Source of the DNA: Chloroflexota bacterium
GTDB taxonomy: Bacteria; Chloroflexota; UBA6077; JACCZL01
DNA length: 64,000 bases
Direction: 5' to 3'
Assembly (NCBI GenBank): GCA_035637315.1
Contig: DASPXK010000303.1
Span: 10,201 to 74,200 of the forward strand
The notes under the pieces are model-generated. The model searched no databases and was not told the origin of the DNA. It saw only the letters and a list, made by a program, of their open reading frames with translations. Below, in pieces: positions 18,923 through 26,535 of the stretch (its first letter is position 1; each line of letters opens with the position of its first letter). The position numbers and the translations under genes are program-made.

Positions 18923-19319
18923 AGCATGCCCCTCCCTTCCGATGGCCGGCATTTTCCTGAGCACCGGCCAAGTCTTCAAGACCAAGGTCGGCCAGGCGAG
19001 CGTTCTCGTCGACCGGCAGCCGAACCAGCTCGGCGGCGAGTTGGGGCGACCGCTCGACCTGGCCCTCGGCGAAGCGGGTCTCCAGAGTGAAGTTGTGACC
19101 CTCGACGTAGCCCAGTTCGCGCATCCCGTTCCGAAAGACCTCGAGGACCGGTCCGGTCGTGGCCGATGATGCGCCAAGGAGGAAGCCGACACGATGGACC
19201 TTCGCCGGCTGTTGCGCCGGGGCTGGAAGCAGGCCACAGCCCCACAGCAGGCCGCTTGCGAGGATCAGGCTACCGCGCAGGAACTGGCGGCGGGTTCGCC
19301 GAAAGTAGCTGGATGCCAT
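18894..19319 (-). pseudogene. N-terminal half of an ABC transporter substrate-binding protein (ABC_sub_bind family) - gene fragment
   Basis: MASSYFRRTRRQFLRGSLILASGLL (TAT signal) ...KVHRVGFL...GMRELGYVEGHNFTLETRFAEG..LAAELVRLPVD; the family match ends at 19007 and the tail reads into the DUF4177 gene. Confidence 0.65.
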
Positions 19320-19504
19320 ACGGCCGACCAGTATACGGTAAGGTCCCATTCGAACGATTTGGCACCGCCAGGTGATCCTGGAGCCGCAGCCGTTGGCGCT
19401 CGTACCAGACCACTGCCTGAGCAGGCATCGCCGAGGGAGTGCCTGGCCCGGCGCGCGGCGACCCGGGCTACTATGCAAGCCCAGCATGGCGGACGGAGCG
19501 TTCG

Positions 19505-20449
19505 ATGCGGTTTGGTTTGCAGGTGAATCCGTACTTTCCGGGCTCGACGGGGAACCCGTGGGATAGCGTCGCGCGGGTCGCGCGGGTGGCCGACGAGAGC
19601 GCCTTCGACTCGCTGTGGCTGTACGACCACTTCCTCTACGAGGGCGGCTACTCCGGCCACCCGCTCCCCGAGCCTGTTATGGAGTGCTTCACGACGCTCG
19701 GCGCAATCGCCGCGATTACCCAGCGCGTCCGCCTCGGCCAGCTGGTGCTTGGCGTGCCGTACCGCAACCCGGCGATGACGGCGAAGATGGCCACGACCCT
19801 CGACCTGATCAGCCACGGCCGATCGATCCTCGGGCTCGGCGCCGGCTGGCACCAGCGCGAGCACGAGGCCTACGGCTGGGGCGCGTTCGAGGAGGCTCCC
19901 GTCCGGCTCAAGCGCCTGGAGGAGGCGGTGCGGGCCATGCTGGCGCTGTGGACTGAGCGGCCGGCGAGGTTCGAGGGCCACTTCTATCGACTCGACAACG
20001 TGAGGGACAACCCGGCCCCAGTCCAGCAGCCGCATCCGCCGATCATGATCGGCGGCAGCGGCGAGCGGGTGACGCTGCGCCTCGTCGCCCAGTACGCCCA
20101 GTTCTGCAATGTCTCTGGCGATCCCGAGCGGGTGGAATCCCTCTTCTCCGCCCTGCGCGAGCACTGCGACCGCGTCGGGCGCCCCTACGACCAGATCACG
20201 CGGTCGATCTATACGACCGTCATCGTCGGCCGAGACAACGCCGAGGTGGCCGCGAAGCGGGAGCGGCTGAGCATCTTCGTGCCGCGGCGGGGCGCGCTGA
20301 TCGGGACACCCGAGCAGTTGATCGGCGTCTTCCGCGACTACGCGCGAGCCGGCTGCCAATACGTCATCTTCCGCACGCCCGACTGGATCGATGTCGAGCC
20401 GGTACAGCTGTTCGCGGAGCGGGTGATTCCGGCGCTGGCCGACGCGTAG
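19505..20449 (+). CDS. LLM-class F420-dependent oxidoreductase (luciferase-like monooxygenase family)
   Basis: ATG 19505 with GGACGGAG SD; MRFGLQV..LYDHF..ILGLGAGW motifs. Confidence 0.8.
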   Translation: MRFGLQVNPYFPGSTGNPWDSVARVARVADESAFDSLWLYDHFLYEGGYSGHPLPEPVMECFTTLGAIAAITQRVRLGQLVLGVPYRNPAMTAKMATTLDLISHGRSILGLGAGWHQREHEAYGWGAFEEAPVRLKRLEEAVRAMLALWTERPARFEGHFYRLDNVRDNPAPVQQPHPPIMIGGSGERVTLRLVAQYAQFCNVSGDPERVESLFSALREHCDRVGRPYDQITRSIYTTVIVGRDNAEVAAKRERLSIFVPRRGALIGTPEQLIGVFRDYARAGCQYVIFRTPDWIDVEPVQLFAERVIPALADA

Positions 20450-20531
20450 GGCGGATGACGTTTTTCCCGGCTGCCGCGATGGCGGGCAGCGTGGCGCCGT
20501 GCTTCTGAGAACATCCGAAACGCATCCAGAT

Positions 20532-20876
20532 TCACCTGGCGGACGACCCGCCGGCCAGCCGACGCCGCTTTCGCTCTTCGTGTTCGAGCTGCTCCCTCAC
20601 GAGCTCGCCGAGCAGCTCCTGGTACGCTCTGCGTCGTCGGCGGGCTAGCGCGTTGAGCCGTCGCAACGTTGGTTCATCCAAATGGATCACGACCGCGGTG
20701 GTGCCGGGCCGCGGAGGCGGCAGCTCCCCGGGCTTGAGCGGCTGTCCCTGCTCCCAGACGTGGTCGCTCAGCTCATGGGTTGACCAGAAGGCGTGTTCCT
20801 CGTCCTGGCTGCTGAACGACGGGATGTCCTCGAGCCTATTGACGGTAGCGAGTGGTTTCTTCCTTTTCATGGTCAT
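20532..20876 (-). CDS. brnA: BrnA antitoxin (type II TA)
   Basis: ..EEHAFWSTHELSDH..VVIHLDEPTLRRLNALARRR.. matches the BrnA architecture; overlaps the brnT 3' end. Confidence 0.75.
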   Translation of the reverse strand: MTMKRKKPLATVNRLEDIPSFSSQDEEHAFWSTHELSDHVWEQGQPLKPGELPPPRPGTTAVVIHLDEPTLRRLNALARRRRRAYQELLGELVREQLEHEERKRRRLAGGSSAR

Positions 20877-21141
20877 GTCCGCCTCCGGCGGTAACGGCGT
20901 CGCTCGCGGCGGTCGCGTCCCTGGCCGTGATCACGCGGATTGCTCCCCCGCGGTGCATGAAGACGACGAAGAGCAGCCGGCCTTCCGGCGTCGCGCCCAG
21001 CACCGCCCGCCGTCGCTCACTCGCCACCTGATAAGCCGGCGCTGGAACCCGGCGGGCGTCCAGCAGCGCTTCTTCGGCTTCGTGGGTGCCGATGCCATGC
21101 TCGGCGATGTGGCCAAGATTGCCTTCATCCCAGTCAAACAT
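20836..21141 (-). CDS. brnT: BrnT toxin (RelE-like ribonuclease)
   Basis: MFDWDEGNLGHIAEHGI N-terminus typical of BrnT. Confidence 0.75.
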   Translation of the reverse strand: MFDWDEGNLGHIAEHGIGTHEAEEALLDARRVPAPAYQVASERRRAVLGATPEGRLLFVVFMHRGGAIRVITARDATAASDAVTAGGGHDHEKEETTRYRQ

Positions 21142-21161
21142 GCGGGCTGCACTGTCCCATT

Positions 21162-21181
21162 CTAGCGCTGATCAGCACTAG
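21162..21181. promoter_or_regulatory. near-perfect 20-bp palindrome CTAGCGCTGATCAGCACTAG 20 nt upstream of brnT start (candidate operator)
   Basis: Direct reading of sequence. Confidence 0.4.
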
Positions 21182-21232
21182 AAGCGGGAAGACGGAACGC
21201 GGCTTATAACCACGATGGCAGCTTCGCCGGTT

Positions 21233-21356
21233 TCGAGACGATCCTGAAGATCGCACCCGAGCGACCGTTCGCCATCGTCGTGCTCGAGAATGCCGACGCC
21301 GGGGCTCCGAGCTGTACGCGGCGGCCACCGACTGGGCAATCGAGCACTTCCTCTGA
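21233..21356 (+). pseudogene. 3' fragment of a beta-lactamase-like serine hydrolase gene (frameshifted)
   Basis: ..YNHDGSFAGFETILKIAPERPFAIVVLENADAG then ELYAAATDWAIEHFL* in another frame; no upstream gene body. Confidence 0.4.
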
Positions 21357-21734
21357 GAGCCGGCCGGCAACGCGTGCCCGCCGCCTATCCTGCTCTGCAA
21401 CGATTCTGCGATAGGACAGACACTCACCTGGTAGCTCAGCTTGGCCGAGGTTACCCCGCTAGAGAAGAACGAGGGCGGATTCCACGCGGCTCTGGCAGTG
21501 CCGGCTGAAGGGCGGTCAGCAACAACTTTGGGCAATCTCAGCAGAAGGCTACCGTCACTCCAGACCGTGGCTGACCGTTAGGATCGTCGGAGGCGGGACG
21601 CCTGGAACGGCACTACGTCTGCGCATCGGCGAATCAGTGGGCAACGATTAAGCGTGGCTCAGGGTCCGCCTAACTGCGGGAGGCTGGTGCCTTCGCTCCC
21701 TGGATGGGTAACCCGGAAAAGGCAGGTTGCCGCG

Positions 21735-22584
21735 ATGAGACGGCACCCACTCTTCTCCACGTATCGGCAAGGCGAGAATCGGGTCACCGCCTCGATGATG
21801 GCTGTTTTCGAACGAATTGACTCCAGCGTCGTCGAGCGACTTCTCAGCGCAGCTTCCGGCGAGTCCGCCCTCGCCATCGTGACCTTCGCCAACCAGATTA
21901 CTGGGAAACCCGAGTCGGTTCCGGATGCGGCGGTCACGGCGAACTGCCGCTACCTCTTCGAGGTCAAGACGACGCGTGGCAGCACTCGGCGCTGGCAGCT
22001 AGAGGCCCATCTGAACCATCTCGACGGCTCCTTCGCTGATGAGCGGCTCTTCGTCATCAGTCCCGACGCGACGAAGCCGTCGACGCTCGACGAGCTTGAG
22101 GACTCTAGGGTAGTTTGGCTCAGCTTCCTCGCGCTTTCCCAAGCTATTGAGGAGCTGCTTAGCGATCCTTCGACACTGGTCGGCGAGCAGACGCGCTTCC
22201 TCCTCCATGAGCTGCAAGCGCTCTTCGCGGAGGACGGCCTTCTTGAGCACAAAGAAGTCGTGATCGTGGCGGCCCGGGAAGCGTGGGCCGAGTACCAGAG
22301 GTACGGCGCGTATATGTGCCAGCCGGGCCGTTCCTTTCCAAGCCGGCCTGACCCATATGGCGTTCTACGCGAACGGGGAGATCAAGCCTGCGATCGCCAG
22401 GATCTGGGCTCGCCGAGACCACCTGGAGTTCTCACACGAGAACGCATGGAAGCTGGCTGCCTCGAACGACGAATACGATCAGGCGCTAGGCAAGCTGGTG
22501 AAACAGGCCGTGAGCGATGCGGCGGCAGGTCTCGAAGGAACGACGCAGCAGGTGTTCCTCCTATCGCCCGCGGATAGGGCTTAG
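21735..22584 (+). pseudogene. PD-(D/E)xK nuclease-like protein, apparently frameshifted near 22320-22350
   Basis: Candidate motif VPDAAVTANCRYLFEVKT (PD...EVK); first frame ends ..AYMCQPGRSFPSRPD, second frame continues ..FYANGEIKPAIARIWARRDHLEFSHENAW.. Confidence 0.5.
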
Positions 22585-23076
22585 ACCATCAAGCTGCAGC
22601 GGCCGGTCCGGAATACCTTTCGTGACAGGAACGGTCGGCCCTGCGCCTGGACCCAGGGACAGCGGTACACGCGACTGGCGGCGTTGAGACCGGCACCGGA
22701 GACGACCGATGAGCTCGACTCATACGATCGGTAGCCGTGCAGGCGAGATCGACGGGTTCTCCGGACATAGCCGATCTTTCTGGCGCTAGGTGATCGCGGG
22801 CGCTCGGCTGTACATCTCACCGTCTCATGGCCAGGGTCGAAATCGGGCCCACGCCGGTCGGGGGGTTTGTTTCAGCAATCGCCACTTCGCTGGAATAAGG
22901 CCAGGCCGGGGCCACGCTTATCCCGCCGCTCGACAAGCGCGGGGGAGCGAATGGTCCGGCTGGGAGCGGTCGGCGGAGGACGCGGGCGAGGTGACGTTGG
23001 GCCGTGTCCTCGGGGCGCTCTGGCGACTCGACGCCGTCGAGGACGTGCGCACGCTCCCGCCCGGGCCCCCGATCGT

Positions 23077-23538
23077 CTACGAGGGAGCGAAATCCTGAAA
23101 CCAGGCGATTCTTGCGATTCCGCGCTGCTGCGCCAAATTGTAGAGACGCCGGTCGGCGGTTACGAATGCGGCGTCCAAGGCGTCCGCCAGCGCCAGATAC
23201 AGCGCGTCGTACAGCGCCATCTGGACGCGTGAAGCTATGCGAAAGGCACCGTGGAAGAGCAACTCGTTCGGAACGTACGCGATCGGCAGCGCCTCGAATG
23301 CTTCGACGCGCGCGATCCCCTCGTCCACGGTGTAACGCTTGTCTCTCACGCCCATTTGGAGGATACGTACAACCTCGACCTTGAGATGCTCGGGGGCTGT
23401 TAGCCGGAGGCCTCCAGCCACGAACGCCTGCAATAAGAAGCGGGCGTGCTCCCAACTCGCTTCCTCGGGTGTGTGCCACTTGGCGACCAGCGACGCGTCG
23501 GGTACAGCATGCGTTACGCGCCGTGGACTATTCGTCAA
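23077..23538 (-). CDS. vapC: PIN-domain toxin VapC (TTG start)
   Basis: AVPDASLVAKW...AYDALYLALADALDAAFVTADRRL PIN signatures; start overlaps the antitoxin stop. Confidence 0.65.
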   Translation of the reverse strand: MTNSPRRVTHAVPDASLVAKWHTPEEASWEHARFLLQAFVAGGLRLTAPEHLKVEVVRILQMGVRDKRYTVDEGIARVEAFEALPIAYVPNELLFHGAFRIASRVQMALYDALYLALADALDAAFVTADRRLYNLAQQRGIARIAWFQDFAPS

Positions 23539-23725
23539 GCGCCGCTTCGGCTCTGGCGAGGTCGAGGAGACGCTCGAATGTGCCAGGCAGCCAGGTCGTG
23601 TCGTCGTTGATGCGGCTGACTTGCTCTGCCCAGGCCTGCAAGCGTACCAGCTCGTCTTCAGCACAGGGCCGCGACAGCCTCTGCTTCAACTCGACGACCC
23701 AAGCTGGTCTCGTCTCAAGAGCCAT
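23528..23725 (-). CDS. putative antitoxin partner of VapC
   Basis: 65-aa ORF immediately upstream and overlapping the PIN gene; family not recognised. Confidence 0.45.
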   Translation of the reverse strand: MALETRPAWVVELKQRLSRPCAEDELVRLQAWAEQVSRINDDTTWLPGTFERLLDLARAEAALDE

Positions 23726-23902
23726 CTCGGCTTCCCTCTATCCCTGATTCTACCCGCCCGGCCGAATTCCCCAGTAGACATCGTTGTGCTCACGAACGCC
23801 GAGGGCGGTGCCGACCTGCACGCGGCCGTGACAGAGTGGGCCACCGAACACTTCCTCCTGAGCTCGGCCAGGCCGGCAGCGAGAACGACAGCCGGCGAGT
23901 AG
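23700..23902 (+). pseudogene. second 3' fragment of a beta-lactamase-like serine hydrolase gene
   Basis: ..HLGFPLSLILPARPNSPVDIVVLTNAEGGADLHAAVTEWATEHFLL.. resembles the fragment at 21233-21356. Confidence 0.35.
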
Positions 23903-23982
23903 ATTTCGGGCGCTCCACGCCTCTGAGCTGGTTGATGGTGCATCTCTAGTGAGCCGCACGGCGACCGCCGTCGGCACCCGCC

Positions 23983-25272
23983 CTAGATGGCCCCTTCGTC
24001 CTGCAGACGCCCGACGGCGGCGTCGAACGCGGCGACCGTTCGATCGACGTCGTCCTGGGTATGGACGGCCGAGACGATCAGCTGGCTGCCGGACGGATCG
24101 ACGCCGCCCAGCTGCATCGCGGCCCGGAAACGCGAGGTGAACTTCTTCGACGGCAGTTTCGTCTCCAGGCTGACGGGGAGCATCGAAGCCCAGCCCCCGA
24201 TCTTGCCGGCCGCCCCGCGACGCTCGATCACCTCGCGGAAGCCGATCCGAATCGCCTCAGCCGTCGACGTGGCTCTTTGCTGGACGGCCGGGTGGCGCAC
24301 GATCTCCAGGCAGGCGACGCCGGCCGCCGCCGAGACGGGGTTGGCGTTGTAGGTGCCCGGGTGGGCGATGCGGCCGAAGCGGAGCCACTGCGGGTCATCC
24401 CGGAACTCGAGCAGGCGCATCACGTCGGCTCGCCCGGCGACAGCTCCGCCAGGGTAGCCGCCGGCCAAGATTTTCGCCAGCGTCGTAAGGTCAGGGGTGA
24501 CGCCGAAATGCTCCTGCGCCCCGCCCGGGGCGTAGCGAAAGCCGGTCACGACCTCGTCGAAGATGACCAGCGTCCCGTGCGCGTGAGACAGGTCAACGAC
24601 CTGCCGTAGGTAATCGCTCGTCAGCCCGTTGCACAGCAGGATCACCGCCGCCGCGTCGCCGTTCTCCAGCCCGGCCTCGAGGGCCGGGACGTCGCCGGCG
24701 GGAACTGCTGTTACCGTCGATTGGACTTCTCGAGGAATGCCACGCGAGATCGGCTCGTCGTAGGGCGGCTGCATCGCCACCGTGGCGTAGTCGTGCCAGC
24801 CGTGGAAATGGCCCTGCATCTTCACGATTCGGGTTCGATTGGTGAACGCGCGGGCCAGGCGTAGCGCCATCAGCGTCGCCTCGGTACCAGACGACGTGAA
24901 CTTGACCATCTGGGCCGAGGGAACGATCTGGGTGACCAGCTCGCCCCAGCGGACCTCCAGCTCGTGGCAGGCGCCGTAATGACTCCCGCGGCGAGCCTGC
25001 TCTACGACGGCCTCGGTGACCGCCGGGTGGCAGTGTCCAAGCAGCAGGGCGCCATGCCCGCCGAAGTAGTCGACGTACTCGTTGCCGTCGACGTCCCACT
25101 TGCGCGAGCCGGCGGCGCGCGCGACGTAGATCGGGAAGGGCTCGTTGTAGCGGCTGTCGTGGGTCACGCCGCTCGGGAAGATCGGCGTGGCGCGCTCGTA
25201 GAGCGCCGCCGAGCCCGCCATCCGCTCGGACAACTCCTCGCCGATCGTCATCCGCCGTGCCTGGGTAGCCAT
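23983..25272 (-). CDS. class-III aminotransferase (glutamate-1-semialdehyde 2,1-aminomutase-like)
   Basis: ATG 25272 with GGGAGG SD; PLP-enzyme motifs FDEVVTGFR, GGHGALLLGH. Confidence 0.85.
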   Translation of the reverse strand: MATQARRMTIGEELSERMAGSAALYERATPIFPSGVTHDSRYNEPFPIYVARAAGSRKWDVDGNEYVDYFGGHGALLLGHCHPAVTEAVVEQARRGSHYGACHELEVRWGELVTQIVPSAQMVKFTSSGTEATLMALRLARAFTNRTRIVKMQGHFHGWHDYATVAMQPPYDEPISRGIPREVQSTVTAVPAGDVPALEAGLENGDAAAVILLCNGLTSDYLRQVVDLSHAHGTLVIFDEVVTGFRYAPGGAQEHFGVTPDLTTLAKILAGGYPGGAVAGRADVMRLLEFRDDPQWLRFGRIAHPGTYNANPVSAAAGVACLEIVRHPAVQQRATSTAEAIRIGFREVIERRGAAGKIGGWASMLPVSLETKLPSKKFTSRFRAAMQLGGVDPSGSQLIVSAVHTQDDVDRTVAAFDAAVGRLQDEGAI

Positions 25273-25305
25273 GCTCTCGCCTCCCACTTCGTGCGGCGGA
25301 TCATA

Positions 25306-25365
25306 TCAGCTATCAGCTGTCAGCCGAAACGGGGTAAGCTGATGGCTGACGGCTGACAGCTTGGA
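25306..25365. repeat. palindromic heptamer array (TCAGCTA/TCAGCTG/TCAGCCG, spacer, GCTGATG/GCTGACG/GCTGACA)
   Basis: Direct reading of sequence; in a divergent promoter region, last unit overlaps the SD of the downstream gene. Confidence 0.8.
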
Positions 25366-25372
25366 GGACGCG

Positions 25373-26437
25373 ATGGCTGGAGGCGCACTGCGGATCGGGT
25401 TTGTCGGGGCCGGTGGCATCGTCCGCGATCGACACGTGCCGGGTCTCAAAGGCATCCCGGGAGTCGAGCTCGTGGGAGTGGCAAATAGGAGCCGAGCGTC
25501 CTCGGAGCGCGCGGCCCAGGAGTTCGGCATCCGCCGCGCCTTCGACGACTGGAAACAGCTTGTCCAGTCGGACGAGGTCGACATCATCTGGATCGGCACT
25601 CACCCGTACGTGCACCGCGAGATTACCGTGGCGGCGCTGGCAGCCGGCAAGCATGTCTTCTGTCAAGCTCGCATGGCTATGGACTATCAGGAGGCCCGGG
25701 CGATGTGGGAGGCGGCCGAGAAGTCGGACCGGACCGCCATGCTCTCCCCACCGCCCCACTATCTGCGCGGCGATCGGGTGGTCCGCCGCATGCTGGCCGA
25801 TGGGTTCGTCGGCCAGCCGTACGACGTCGTCGTCCAGTCATACAGCGACCCGTACGCCGATCCGAACACCCCAATCCACTGGCGCCAACAACGCGAGATC
25901 TCCGGCTTCAACACCCTGGACGTCGGGATGATGGTCGAAGTCATGCACCGCTGGCTCGGATACGCGAGACGGGTTGTGGCGCTCGTGAAGACTGTCATGC
26001 CGACTCGCCCCGCGCCGGGCGGTGGCCAGGCGCCAGTCGAGCGCCCAGATACCTTGTCGGCTATCGCCGAGCTCGAGAACGGCGCCCTGGCGACCCTCAC
26101 CTGGAGCGGCGTCGTCCGCCACGCCGACGAGGCGAACCGGTTCGAGATCTACGGCAGCGAAGGGACCATCCGCTATCTGGCGGCCACCGACACGATCATG
26201 GCTGGCAAGGCCGCCGACGCCGAGCTGAAGCCCGTCACCATCCCACCCGAGCAGGCCCGTGAGTGGACAGCTGAGGCCGATTTCATCGATGCCGTCAGGG
26301 AGGGCAAGCGCTCGGTCGAGCCCACGTTCTGGGATGGTCTGAAGTACATGGAGATGACCGAAGCGATCTTTCGCTCGGCTAGCAACGGCCGGGCGGTTGA
26401 CCTGCCATTCGAGAAGCTGGAGCGACGGGGGGCGTAG
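25373..26437 (+). CDS. Gfo/Idh/MocA family oxidoreductase
   Basis: ATG 25373 with GGAGGA SD; LRIGFVGAGGI Rossmann N-terminus. Confidence 0.8.
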   Translation: MAGGALRIGFVGAGGIVRDRHVPGLKGIPGVELVGVANRSRASSERAAQEFGIRRAFDDWKQLVQSDEVDIIWIGTHPYVHREITVAALAAGKHVFCQARMAMDYQEARAMWEAAEKSDRTAMLSPPPHYLRGDRVVRRMLADGFVGQPYDVVVQSYSDPYADPNTPIHWRQQREISGFNTLDVGMMVEVMHRWLGYARRVVALVKTVMPTRPAPGGGQAPVERPDTLSAIAELENGALATLTWSGVVRHADEANRFEIYGSEGTIRYLAATDTIMAGKAADAELKPVTIPPEQAREWTAEADFIDAVREGKRSVEPTFWDGLKYMEMTEAIFRSASNGRAVDLPFEKLERRGA

Positions 26438-26535
26438 CCTGCGCGGCCCAATGGGGGCCACTCGCGGGTAGTCTATAATCCGACGCGAAGGCCGACGGCT
26501 GGGTCGGCCGATCATGTGTTGAGGATTCCTCCCGA

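Noticed and set aside
19265-20359. 364-aa minus-strand ORF
   Set aside because: Antisense to the well-supported LLM oxidoreductase gene; Arg/Pro/Ala-rich translation typical of high-GC shadow frames
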